Source of the DNA: a virus
Lineage: Duplodnaviria > Caudoviricetes
Strand: one strand, 5' to 3'
DNA length: 64,000 nucleotides
Virus record (IMG/VR): IMGVR_UViG_3300022555_000004
Part shown: positions 16,609 through 25,982 of the stretch, piece by piece
Numbering within the stretch: position 1 is the first letter of the stretch
Layout: the number at the start of each line of letters is the position of its first letter
Made by a program: the position numbers and the translations under genes
The notes under the pieces: model-generated
Database searches by the model: none
Told to the model about the DNA's origin: nothing
What the model saw: the letters and a program-made list of their open reading frames with translations, nothing else

Positions 16609-17475
16609 ATGGCTGATACCAGCAACATTAAAGATAAGCTTAAAGCATATCATGACAGTATGATTCAAACACTTGAAACGTTGAAAATTGACGATCTCAA
16701 AACAACGACTGTTACGATACGTCTAGGCAATAAAATATATGATTTGGTTGCTTCAAAAGAATCCGTGATTGTTGATGAAGATCAGATCAGGAAAGAATTT
16801 GAAGATAAACTAACAGAAAAACGTTTGAATATCAGGGATACAATTAAGGCTAAAATGTCCGAAGTTTCGGCATTAGTGTCGTCTATTCAAAGTGAATATG
16901 AACGAAAAGAAAAAATCCTAAAGGATACAATGTCGAAAGCGGCACCTATGCCAGAAGTAACATGGTCACATGCACAACGTGGGTTGTCCATTGTTAAGGG
17001 TGGTTCGCGTGGTGAAATTATTTGGATTGTCAAAAGAACGTATAATCCTAAATTCATGGATCATAAGAGTATTGAACCGTTATATGTCAAGAAATTAATG
17101 ACCCATATTTATATCAGAATTACAACTAGGGATAACGCTGTTATGGGTGTGTCTTCACACTATATGAATAATATGGATTATTTTGACCACTATCATCAAG
17201 CCCGTCCTGATTGTTGGGGAAATTGGAAATACCCTAAATCGTGGAATACCGCGGATGATATTATCAAAATCGCTGATGATGCCACATCTGTAATGGAAAA
17301 CATTAACACAATGTCCGTTGCACACAGGACGCCATCGTTGATGCCACGGTTGGAAACTTTACGCCGTCATTTAGCCAAAGATCCGATCGCTCCACCTGTT
17401 GTTAAGGTTGGTGTGTCTGATATGAGAGAAGGACTTGGTATGAACGCTCCAAATAGCGATATTTGGGGAAACTAA
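16609..17475 (+). CDS. coiled-coil plus prokaryotic E2-like protein
   Basis: N-terminal helical region; C-terminal FDHYHQARPDCWG with Cys202. Confidence 0.65.
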   Translation: MADTSNIKDKLKAYHDSMIQTLETLKIDDLKTTTVTIRLGNKIYDLVASKESVIVDEDQIRKEFEDKLTEKRLNIRDTIKAKMSEVSALVSSIQSEYERKEKILKDTMSKAAPMPEVTWSHAQRGLSIVKGGSRGEIIWIVKRTYNPKFMDHKSIEPLYVKKLMTHIYIRITTRDNAVMGVSSHYMNNMDYFDHYHQARPDCWGNWKYPKSWNTADDIIKIADDATSVMENINTMSVAHRTPSLMPRLETLRRHLAKDPIAPPVVKVGVSDMREGLGMNAPNSDIWGN

Positions 17476-17479
17476 CAGG

Positions 17480-17510
17480 ATGAACCGGAGGAAATTTTCC
17501 TCCGGTTCAT
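17480..17510. terminator. 14-bp perfect hairpin
   Basis: ATGAACCGGAGGAA/TTCCTCCGGTTCAT. Confidence 0.75.
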
Positions 17511-17517
17511 TATTATG

Positions 17518-17546
17518 TTGACATAACAGGGGTTTTGTGTTATAAT
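17518..17546 (+). promoter_or_regulatory. sigma70 promoter for E1-JAB
   Basis: Perfect TTGACA-17bp-TATAAT. Confidence 0.85.
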
Positions 17547-17577
17547 CAATTTATAATAAAGAAAGGAAATAAAAACT

Positions 17578-18159
17578 ATGAGCCGTTTATATGAACGACA
17601 AGAAAGTTTAAAATTGAATAAGGATATTAGCATCACCGTGATTGGTTGTGGTGGTGTTGGTTATTGGACGGCAAAATTTGCTGCAATGTCTGGAATTGAA
17701 AAGATTTATTTGTTTGATTTCGATGTTATTGAGGAACATAATTTGAATCGGTTGGATTTACCGATAAGTGCAATTGGTCAGAACAAAGCGGCCGTTACGA
17801 AATCGGTTATCAATTTTTTACGTCCTGAAACGACCGTGTTTGCACTGCCTTTCAAATTTAAAGAAGGTCTTTTCAAAATGACAGATTGGATTATTGATTG
17901 CACAGATCGTTCCAATGTTCAAGAGGAAAATCAAGCTATCGCAAAAGCCAATGGTGCAAAATATTTGAAGGTTGGGTATAACGGTGAACATATCACTTTA
18001 TCAAATGTTGTTGCCGAGTGGGGTGAGTCTACCGATGGGTACACGGTTATTCCATCGTGGGTTGTTCCTGCCACCGTTGTGGCCGCACTTGCCGTTGGAA
18101 AAATCATGAAATATTATGATAAAGAGATTTCTACCAATTTAAAAGATTTGTATAATTAA
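17578..18159 (+). CDS. ThiF/E1-like adenylating enzyme
   Basis: VIGCGGVG, DFDVIEEHNLNRL, NKA, IIDCTD. Confidence 0.92.
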   Translation: MSRLYERQESLKLNKDISITVIGCGGVGYWTAKFAAMSGIEKIYLFDFDVIEEHNLNRLDLPISAIGQNKAAVTKSVINFLRPETTVFALPFKFKEGLFKMTDWIIDCTDRSNVQEENQAIAKANGAKYLKVGYNGEHITLSNVVAEWGESTDGYTVIPSWVVPATVVAALAVGKIMKYYDKEISTNLKDLYN

Positions 18160-18163
18160 GATT

Positions 18164-18979
18164 ATGGGAAAAAAGAAAAATAGGAGAAAAAAGAAAATGA
18201 ATAAAATATATAGAGCATATAATTTTCAATCAGTTGAAAATCAATTGGATGCACTTGAACCGATTGCGGCCGATGATGGGTGGGGTAACACCGCTGATGA
18301 TTTGAAGGTAGTTTCCACTTGTGGACGTAAACCAGAAGGAGCATTGACAATTTTATTCAGTCGGATTGCCAAAGCAAAGGTTGATATTCTAATGAAGAAA
18401 TATCAAAATCTGGAATGGTTAGCATATCTAATTGGCGATGCTAGTAACCGATTTGTACGAGATATTGTTTTACCTGAGCAAGAAGTAACGTCTGGAGCGG
18501 TTACTGTGACTGGCCCTCAGCCGAGTTCTGATGTAATGGGTGTCATTCATTCCCATCACAGCATGGGAGCGTTCTTTTCGGGGACAGATGATGCTTATAT
18601 CAATCAAAATTATGATATTTCGGTTGTCGTTGCCCACAATGGAATTAAAGCACAGGTACGATGGGTAACGCCTTGTGGATATAAGGTTGTGTCGGATGGT
18701 CAGGTTATTGTTGAAAGCGAAAATCTGTTTGATGAAAACGATTTTATCAGCCAAGTGGATACGGTGGTTACACCTAAAACCTTCAACCTGATTAAATCCG
18801 TATGTGGAACAGGAACAAAAATTCCTGTAAAACATCGAAAAGGTATAAGAGGATTGTCAGGATTGTCAGGATCGTATATGCCAAAAGTTGATATTGATGA
18901 AGAAACATCACCTGAACATCCAGATGAAGGTGAAAATTTGGCGGATATGCTCACACGGGATTTCTGTAACAGGTCATAA
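18164..18979 (+). CDS. JAB/MPN metalloprotease (deubiquitinase-like)
   Basis: EWLAYL...GVIHSHHSMGAFFSGTD (E...HxH...SxxD). Confidence 0.9.
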   Translation: MGKKKNRRKKKMNKIYRAYNFQSVENQLDALEPIAADDGWGNTADDLKVVSTCGRKPEGALTILFSRIAKAKVDILMKKYQNLEWLAYLIGDASNRFVRDIVLPEQEVTSGAVTVTGPQPSSDVMGVIHSHHSMGAFFSGTDDAYINQNYDISVVVAHNGIKAQVRWVTPCGYKVVSDGQVIVESENLFDENDFISQVDTVVTPKTFNLIKSVCGTGTKIPVKHRKGIRGLSGLSGSYMPKVDIDEETSPEHPDEGENLADMLTRDFCNRS

Positions 18980-19000
18980 TTTAAATTTAAAATAATAATT

Positions 19001-19040
19001 AAAAAACCCATAGGATATTTTTTACCTTATGGGTTTTTTA
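19001..19040 (+). terminator. intrinsic terminator
   Basis: AAAAAACCCATA...TATGGGTTTTTT. Confidence 0.7.
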
Positions 19041-19136
19041 TTATAAATAGTGTTGTAATAAAAATATGTATTATCGGAAATGTTTAGTATTCTTGAATTG
19101 TTTATGATTGAATATCAAATAACAACATTCAAACAA

Positions 19137-19195
19137 ATATATCCGGCTGCCCTGTTGCTAATGCATATTTTACCACATAAAAAATACAATGTAAA
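19137..19195 (+). repeat. ~59-bp dispersed element, copy 1
   Basis: Near-identical to the reverse complement of 61577-61634. Confidence 0.85.
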
Positions 19196-19211
19196 TAGAA
19201 GGTAAGAATAA

Positions 19212-19571
19212 ATGCGACTAACACTGACGACAACACAGTTTTGCCAATTAGTAATGTGTATGTTGTACGATTCCCTCGTCCGGCCGGACGAGATTGTTCC
19301 TATTTTGAATAATCAAGACTATAATGATCTTATGACGCTTTTGAAACAACGTGGATGTCGTACAATTTTTCAACAATACTACATGAGATTAGACCCTCAA
19401 ATGAGAATTAGGTATAGAATGATTGATGATGTGTTCAGGGATAACAATAAGAATATGGATATTTTTCTGGACATAAGGAAAGAACGTGTACCCGTTGAAA
19501 AGAAAGGCCTGATAAGACGCACAGGCGAGTTCTTGGCAAAGGTTGTAACACTAGGATTATATAAAAAATAG
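19212..19571 (+). CDS. hypothetical protein
   Basis: 119-aa ORF. Confidence 0.55.
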   Translation: MRLTLTTTQFCQLVMCMLYDSLVRPDEIVPILNNQDYNDLMTLLKQRGCRTIFQQYYMRLDPQMRIRYRMIDDVFRDNNKNMDIFLDIRKERVPVEKKGLIRRTGEFLAKVVTLGLYKK

Positions 19572-19584
19572 GAGGAAGTAAAAA

Positions 19585-19902
19585 ATGGGTGGTGAATTTT
19601 TTGGAAGTGGTTTGACACACGATCAAACAAATCTTGCAGCGGAAACGAGTCCTGATACAGTTGACCCAGGCAAGATTGAAACAGATGTAAGTGGTGTATT
19701 TGCTGATGGGAAAAAAGATAGTTTTCCGATCTTCACGGTTAATAAGGAAGATTTTTATAATAACATGAAGGCTGACCGAAAACGAATGAGATTTTCAACT
19801 GAACCGGCGGCAAATTATCTAAGAGGAACACGATATAATAGACCGTTTTATATTCAATATAAAGGGGAACAGGGAGAGAATTTTTTGAGGAAGGTAAAGT
19901 AA
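19585..19902 (+). CDS. hypothetical protein
   Basis: Strong GGAGG SD. Confidence 0.6.
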   Translation: MGGEFFGSGLTHDQTNLAAETSPDTVDPGKIETDVSGVFADGKKDSFPIFTVNKEDFYNNMKADRKRMRFSTEPAANYLRGTRYNRPFYIQYKGEQGENFLRKVK

Positions 19903-19903
19903 A

Positions 19904-20113
19904 ATGATATTCAAACATTATATCAAGAATTACAAGAAGTTAAATGAAGGTGTATCTTTAGATGAAGGTGCTGTAGCATGGGATGATTTGACTGCTTTTT
20001 ATAAAAAAGCTGATAAAACAGAAATTGCTAAAATGGAACGTCTTGTTAAAAATGAAGATTGGGATGCATTTAAAACCCTTATTTATAAAGTTATTGGCGT
20101 AATGGTAAAATGA
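19904..20113 (+). CDS. hypothetical protein (possible internal head protein)
   Basis: N-terminal KKLNEG..LDEG. Confidence 0.5.
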   Translation: MIFKHYIKNYKKLNEGVSLDEGAVAWDDLTAFYKKADKTEIAKMERLVKNEDWDAFKTLIYKVIGVMVK

Positions 20114-20370
20114 CAGAACAAGAATATGATTTTATCCGAACATTAGAAAATAATAATCTGAATATTATGCGCCGAATGTCGAATATAGAAACATTAAACA
20201 ATCAAAATGATATTATAAAATTACATGATGATATAACCAAAACCCTTGATATTATTTACAATTTACTTATGGCAAGAAATATAACTACTAAAGAAGGTGT
20301 ATATACCTTAGAACAAATGAAGATAGGATTTATTGAAATGCTAGCGTTACTGGACGAATTATTATCTTGA
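20110..20370 (+). CDS. hypothetical protein
   Basis: Tiling ORF. Confidence 0.5.
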   Translation: MTEQEYDFIRTLENNNLNIMRRMSNIETLNNQNDIIKLHDDITKTLDIIYNLLMARNITTKEGVYTLEQMKIGFIEMLALLDELLS

Positions 20371-20425
20371 CAAACCAATAATTTTGTGGTATTATATACT
20401 TAAATTAAGAAGGAAAATGTGAAGA

Positions 20426-21295
20426 ATGACAACCAGCCTGATAGACCTTAACAACCTCGCCGTTAGACATTATTGCTCAAAAGAAGTGGGTTATGATACA
20501 GATGAACCCAACATATCATTATGGAAACATAATGTAATTGACTCAATATATCAATCGTTATATAAAGAACCGTCCCTAAATGAGATTGTTCTTGCTGTTG
20601 ATGATAGGAAATCATGGCGAAAATTATATTGGGCTAGATACAAAGAATCACGAAAAGGAAAACGAGATAAATCCAAAATTAACTGGAATATTTTTCATAC
20701 AGAATATAGAAAATTTTGTGATGAAATTCAAGACAACCTACCATTCAAAGTATTACTTGTTGAAAATGCCGAAGCTGATGATATCATTGGCGTTCTTGCT
20801 TTAAAAGATAATAGGGAATATATTGTTATTTCTAATGATGAAGATTATTTACAATTAGTGTCAGATAGGGTAAAATTGTATAATCCTCAAAAAATGATGT
20901 TTATGGATTGTCCTGATACAGAGAAATTTATCGTAATGAAATGTCTTACTGGGCAAGCAAAGGATGATATATTCAATATTAAAACACCGTTAGATTGGCC
21001 GGCAGGCAAAAGAAAGCCGGGTTTTGGTGAAGTTTCGGCAAACGCTGTTCTTAGTTCTGGATACAAGGACTGGCTTATTAAAAATAACTTAGAAAAACGA
21101 TTTGATGTAAATCGTATTTTGATTGATTTTCATAGAATACCAACTACGATAAAGTCAAGAATAATAAATGCTTACAAGAATTATATATTAGCTCCACCAG
21201 ATAGAATGTATGGATTTTTTGCTGGAAATAAGTTTGGCGGTTTTATTGAAGATTTCAGTAGGGTTGAGAGCAAACTTTTACAATTATACAATTAA
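20426..21295 (+). CDS. rnh: T4-like RNase H / 5'-3' exonuclease
   Basis: LIDLNN, LAVDD..SWRK...YK..R, EADDIIG, SNDEDY.QL, G.AKDDI. Confidence 0.9.
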   Translation: MTTSLIDLNNLAVRHYCSKEVGYDTDEPNISLWKHNVIDSIYQSLYKEPSLNEIVLAVDDRKSWRKLYWARYKESRKGKRDKSKINWNIFHTEYRKFCDEIQDNLPFKVLLVENAEADDIIGVLALKDNREYIVISNDEDYLQLVSDRVKLYNPQKMMFMDCPDTEKFIVMKCLTGQAKDDIFNIKTPLDWPAGKRKPGFGEVSANAVLSSGYKDWLIKNNLEKRFDVNRILIDFHRIPTTIKSRIINAYKNYILAPPDRMYGFFAGNKFGGFIEDFSRVESKLLQLYN

Positions 21296-21310
21296 ACGAA
21301 AGGAACATCA

Positions 21311-21568
21311 ATGAAAACGTATTTTGTTGTCAATGAAAAAGAAAAAGACGAGTTTGAAAAGAAATATCAGGCACCATATGGTCTGCATACATGCCCTAAT
21401 TTTGATTTTGAAGAATCAGCCGTTGGTTTTGTAGAAACATCTCCATATAAAGGACGAAACGATCTTATCGTAGAACGATGGGAAAATGGTGAGTGTACAG
21501 TTGTATATCGTGGTATTTGGTATACGACAGAATTGGACATGATGGATGAAAATAGAATTTTAAACTAA
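21311..21568 (+). CDS. hypothetical protein
   Basis: Tiling ORF. Confidence 0.5.
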   Translation: MKTYFVVNEKEKDEFEKKYQAPYGLHTCPNFDFEESAVGFVETSPYKGRNDLIVERWENGECTVVYRGIWYTTELDMMDENRILN

Positions 21569-21630
21569 TTAAGGAAAACGAGAGGTGTGGCATTTGTTTG
21601 CCACACCTTTTTCTGTTTTAGGTAAGACAT

Positions 21631-21921
21631 ATGGTAACATATCTTAAAAAAGAAGAAATATATCCATTTTTTGGATTAGCAAAAAATGGTCAAGTGTTTG
21701 TTCAAGAAGGATTACCAAAGAAGGTAAACGAATTTGTTATAGAACATGAACAATATCATATCACTGATATGATAGCAAAATGGTGGGTATGGCGTGAGAT
21801 TAAGGCTAATTGTTATGCTGGTATAAGGCATCCGGTTGGGTTCTTTCATACATTATACTTAACATTGAGTAGTTGGGATAGAATAAAATTATACATAAAA
21901 AGATCACAAGACGGAATATAG
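21631..21921 (+). CDS. hypothetical protein with HExxH-like motif
   Basis: VIEHEQYH...EI.AN. Confidence 0.5.
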   Translation: MVTYLKKEEIYPFFGLAKNGQVFVQEGLPKKVNEFVIEHEQYHITDMIAKWWVWREIKANCYAGIRHPVGFFHTLYLTLSSWDRIKLYIKRSQDGI

Positions 21922-21955
21922 AAATAGGACGTTTTCGGAATTTGGAGGAAAATAG

Positions 21956-24900
21956 ATGAATAAAGGAATAGAAAATTCACAATTGAGTGAAATGGCAAAA
22001 AGAATATTTTTGGATTTGTATAGTTTCAGTGATGAAACTATTGACGATACATTCAAACGGGTTTCAAAAGAATTTGGTAACGATGATGATGCTAAATTAG
22101 CATATGACTTAATGAAGAAAAATATATGGCGTCCATCAACACCGATATTTTTTAATTCGGGGTCAACGAAAAAGATTTTTTCGGCATGTTGGGTGGTAAA
22201 CCTTGATGATAGTATGGATAGTATATATGATGTAGCAAATGTTGCAAGAAAAATCTTTCAGAGCGGTGCTGGCATTGGTATTCCTATTGGCAAGTTGCGT
22301 GAAAAGGAAGCTAATATATATGAAGGTCAGGAGAAAACTGATAATGTTCCCAGCGGACGTTCAAGCGGCCCAATATCATTTATGACATTATTTGATGCTG
22401 TTGGGGCAACAACAAAATCTGGTGGTAGAGCAAGACGAGCAGCTATTATGTGTGCTATGCCCATAAACCATCCTGATATTATGGAATTTATCGAATGTAA
22501 AAGTGTTGATGGTGTGTTGTCAAATATGAATATATCTGTATCTGTTACAGATGACTTTATGCAAGCATTCAAAGATAATATACCATATTCTTTGATATCA
22601 CCCGCCAATGGCCCTGTAAAGGAAATAAATGCTAGAGTTATTTGGGATAAGATTGTTGATATGGCACACAAGACTGCCGACCCTGGCGTTTTGTTTATTG
22701 ATACTATCAACAAATTCAATCCTCTGAAAAAAATATTGAAAATTGATTGCACAAATCCTTCGTTGAGGGCAGGAACAAAGGTTATTACTGATGGTGGTAT
22801 ATATCCGATAGAACAATTAGAAAACAAAAAATTTCTTGTTATAAATCAAAAGGGTGAATATTCACCAGCAAAATGCTTTTTATCAGGAAAAGAGAAAGAA
22901 TTGTTTGAAATAACATTAATGGGAGGTAAAAAGTATTATTCAACTGCCGAACATAAATGGCCAGTGTTGAATAACAACATATATGAAAAAAGACAGACAA
23001 CCGACCTCAAATCAGGCGATTACCTACCTATTGTAAGAATGAATTCTCTTGGATATGGTGTGAAGGGCAATTATGATGATGGTTTCGTTATTGGATGGAA
23101 TCTAGGAGATGGATGGATAACAGATAGAAAGGATAATGGTAAACGTCAGTATGGGTTTATATTTAGTAATGAAGATATTGAAAATGGAATATATGATAGG
23201 GTGATGAAAAAAATAACATCAATAACAAATAAAGTATATAATCCTTCAAAGATAGATGGTTGCATTGAATTTAATACAACAAATAATGATTTAGATACTT
23301 TCTTTAGGTCGTATGGTGTTGATAAAAAATCAACTGGGATGCCTTCTAGTGTATGGACAACAGCATCAGAGGAATTTAGAAAAGGGTTGATTGACGGTTT
23401 ATTTTCATCAGATGGTTATGTCGATAAATCTGGAAGCCGATGTGTTTTTTGCAGTAGTAATTATAAATTAGCATCAGATGTTTCAGAAATATTAGGATTT
23501 TATGGAATCAAAACAAGATTAACAGAGTCAACATCATCTAATATATCGTTTCCAAATGGAAAATTATATGGCAGAGCTTATACTAGATATTTCGTACAAT
23601 TGTTCACATCATCATTGATGCATTTTAGAGACATATTTACTCTTTCAAATAATAGGAAAAATGAGTTGATGTGGATGAAAAAATCATTAAATAAAGGTGG
23701 AATGGTATATGATAATATTAAAATAAAGAGTATAACCAAAACAGATATAAAAGAAGATGTGTGGGATATTAGTGTTTTTGATGATACACATACTTTTAAA
23801 CTTTCTCATGTGATCACAGGAAATTGCGGCGAACAGCCTTTGATTCCATATACATCTTGTAATTTGAGTTCAATCAATTTACATAGATTTTGTAGTAATG
23901 ATGGATATAATTTTGATGGACTATATAAAACAGCATACAATGTTACAAGATTGATGGATAATCTTATTGATAATATGGAATTTCCAGATGAACGGTTCAA
24001 AATTAATGTATTGAAGTATCGTCCAATAGGTGTTGGTATTATGGGGTTGGCGGACACTTTATATGAAATGGGTTTGCCATATGATGATAAAGAAGGACAG
24101 ATATTTGCTGAAAAATGTATGAAGATTGTTACTACAGCCAGCTTAGAGGCTAGTTCTGATATAGCAAAGGAAAAAGGAACATTTACTGATTATAAACTTG
24201 TAGAAGATGATGTTTTAGAAATTGTATCTTCTTTTATTGATGACCCATCAGTATTAGAAAAAATTAAAAAATATGGTTTGAGAAATTGTCAACACACAAC
24301 GGTGGCGCCAACCGGAAGTATTGCTTTATCATGTGATTGTTCATATGGTATGGAACCGAGTTTTGGTTTAGTATTTCAAAAAAGATTGGTTGAATCTGGT
24401 GATACATATATTTTAGTCAATCCAATATTCAAAAAGAAGTATGAAAACGAATCATGGTATACACCTGAAATGATTGAGAAAATCGTTCAAAACGGAGGGT
24501 CATTGAAGGGTATTAGAGGAATACCAAAAGAAGTACGTGAAGTATTTGTTGTTGCTCATGATATTAAAGCTAAGGATAGAATTGATATGCAGTCTGTATT
24601 ACAAAAACACGTATCGACTGCCATTAGTAGCACGACAAATTTACCATCCACAACAACAAGGGATGAAATATCTGAAATATATAGATATGCTTATCAAAAA
24701 GGACTGAAAGGTGTTACAATTTATAGGGATGGTTCTAAAAAATTGCAACCCATTTCTTTTTCAAATAAAGAGAAAGTAGAGGTTGTTCCTAATTTTAAAC
24801 GACCTACAAAATTATTAGCAGTTAGACATGAAGTTGAAACCGGCAATGGTAAAATGTATATCATCGTATCAACACATGATGGCAAACCTGTAGAAGTTTT

Positions 24901-25258
24901 TCTTTCAATGGGTAAATCTGGACAATTATTCAATAGTTTTTGTGAGGGTCTTGGAAGAACCGTATCCATTGCGTTACAACACGGAACGCCGGTAGCGGCA
25001 ATCATCAAAACCCTTGAAGGAATAAATTCAGACCGTCCTAATTGGTTCAGGTTTGAGGAAACAGATAAAAAGCCAACACAAATATTGTCGATTCCAGATG
25101 CTATAGCAAAATTATTGGAACGATATTACCTGAATGATAATAAAATCATCAATGTTGAATCAGAAGGTGAATTATGTCTAAAATGTGGTAGATATGCTGT
25201 TATACCTTTTGAAGGATGCCATATATGCACATCATGTAATGATAGTCGGTGCGGATAA
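21956..25258 (+). CDS. nrdJ: class II (B12-dependent) ribonucleotide reductase with intein
   Basis: SACWV, GGRARRAA, NP|CGEQPL, YRPIGVGIMG, TVAPTGS, C-terminal TSCPD-like domain and Zn ribbon. Confidence 0.9.
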   Translation: MNKGIENSQLSEMAKRIFLDLYSFSDETIDDTFKRVSKEFGNDDDAKLAYDLMKKNIWRPSTPIFFNSGSTKKIFSACWVVNLDDSMDSIYDVANVARKIFQSGAGIGIPIGKLREKEANIYEGQEKTDNVPSGRSSGPISFMTLFDAVGATTKSGGRARRAAIMCAMPINHPDIMEFIECKSVDGVLSNMNISVSVTDDFMQAFKDNIPYSLISPANGPVKEINARVIWDKIVDMAHKTADPGVLFIDTINKFNPLKKILKIDCTNPSLRAGTKVITDGGIYPIEQLENKKFLVINQKGEYSPAKCFLSGKEKELFEITLMGGKKYYSTAEHKWPVLNNNIYEKRQTTDLKSGDYLPIVRMNSLGYGVKGNYDDGFVIGWNLGDGWITDRKDNGKRQYGFIFSNEDIENGIYDRVMKKITSITNKVYNPSKIDGCIEFNTTNNDLDTFFRSYGVDKKSTGMPSSVWTTASEEFRKGLIDGLFSSDGYVDKSGSRCVFCSSNYKLASDVSEILGFYGIKTRLTESTSSNISFPNGKLYGRAYTRYFVQLFTSSLMHFRDIFTLSNNRKNELMWMKKSLNKGGMVYDNIKIKSITKTDIKEDVWDISVFDDTHTFKLSHVITGNCGEQPLIPYTSCNLSSINLHRFCSNDGYNFDGLYKTAYNVTRLMDNLIDNMEFPDERFKINVLKYRPIGVGIMGLADTLYEMGLPYDDKEGQIFAEKCMKIVTTASLEASSDIAKEKGTFTDYKLVEDDVLEIVSSFIDDPSVLEKIKKYGLRNCQHTTVAPTGSIALSCDCSYGMEPSFGLVFQKRLVESGDTYILVNPIFKKKYENESWYTPEMIEKIVQNGGSLKGIRGIPKEVREVFVVAHDIKAKDRIDMQSVLQKHVSTAISSTTNLPSTTTRDEISEIYRYAYQKGLKGVTIYRDGSKKLQPISFSNKEKVEVVPNFKRPTKLLAVRHEVETGNGKMYIIVSTHDGKPVEVFLSMGKSGQLFNSFCEGLGRTVSIALQHGTPVAAIIKTLEGINSDRPNWFRFEETDKKPTQILSIPDAIAKLLERYYLNDNKIINVESEGELCLKCGRYAVIPFEGCHICTSCNDSRCG
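22760..23824 (+). mobile_element. intein with LAGLIDADG endonuclease (355 aa)
   Basis: TNP|SLRAGTKV...HVITGN|CGEQ; IGWNLGDG and LIDGLFSSDG motifs. Confidence 0.9.
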
Positions 25259-25544
25259 ATTAAGTGAGGTATTTGATATGTTTGATGATATTTTAGATGA
25301 TAAAAAAGATGATAAAAAGATGTGGGTTTTTTATGTTAAGAGTGTAAGTAAGGACAGTAATGGCATGCCACTTGTCAATATTAGCATTGACTCTGTAAGT
25401 TCAAAACTTGATAACGGATATGTATTAGAAGATGGTAGATTTATCAACAAAGAACAAGTGATAAATGAAATAACACCAACAAATAAAGAAAGTATAAATG
25501 ATGTAAACAATGCTGCAATATTTGTTGAGAATTTAAAAACTTGA
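25185..25544 (+). CDS. hypothetical protein (true start probably MFDMFDD)
   Basis: ORF after nrdJ with GAGG SD. Confidence 0.5.
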   Translation: MVDMLLYLLKDAIYAHHVMIVGADKLSEVFDMFDDILDDKKDDKKMWVFYVKSVSKDSNGMPLVNISIDSVSSKLDNGYVLEDGRFINKEQVINEITPTNKESINDVNNAAIFVENLKT

Positions 25545-25592
25545 CTTTAGTATAAAAAAATGTTAGGATAAAATAAAAAAGAGGAAAATGTT

Positions 25593-25865
25593 ATGTGGAA
25601 TAAAATTGTGGCATGGATTGTTATTGTTGTTATGTGTTTATCAATGGTTGCCTGTGGTAGTTCAAAGGTGATTGATGGTGTTACATATGAAACATATGGC
25701 TTATTCAACAAAAATGAAGAAAAAGACGATAATATCAAATATAAAACCATTATCGGCAATGTTGTATGGGGCATCATTTTGTTTGAAACCATTGTAGCTC
25801 CAGTGTATTTTTTCGGATTTTCACTTTATGAACCAATTGAAAAGAAAACAAAAACAGCCAAATAA
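25593..25865 (+). CDS. putative lipoprotein
   Basis: Signal peptide ending MVACG; YETYGLFN. Confidence 0.65.
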   Translation: MWNKIVAWIVIVVMCLSMVACGSSKVIDGVTYETYGLFNKNEEKDDNIKYKTIIGNVVWGIILFETIVAPVYFFGFSLYEPIEKKTKTAK

Positions 25866-25888
25866 AATTGAAAGGTAGTTTATACTAC

Positions 25889-25966
25889 ATGAGTATAATG
25901 TTAAATGAGAACAGCGGCAGTAGAGTATGGTTTTCATCGGATTATCATTTTGATCATATTTTTTGA
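25889..25966 (+). pseudogene. truncated 5' remnant of metallophosphoesterase gene
   Basis: MSIMLNENSGSRVWFSSDYHFDHIF*; same peptide start recurs at 26621. Confidence 0.85.
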
Positions 25967-25974
25967 AATATTTT

Positions 25975-25982
25975 TATAAATA
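25975..25982 (+). promoter_or_regulatory. T4-type late promoter
   Basis: TATAAATA upstream of HNH gene. Confidence 0.7.

Noticed and set aside
17578-18159. ThiF/MoeB for thiamine or molybdopterin synthesis
   Set aside because: No thiG/thiS-GG, moa, cysteine desulfurase or rhodanese nearby; neighbours are E2-like and JAB genes and the Zn-binding cysteines are missing.
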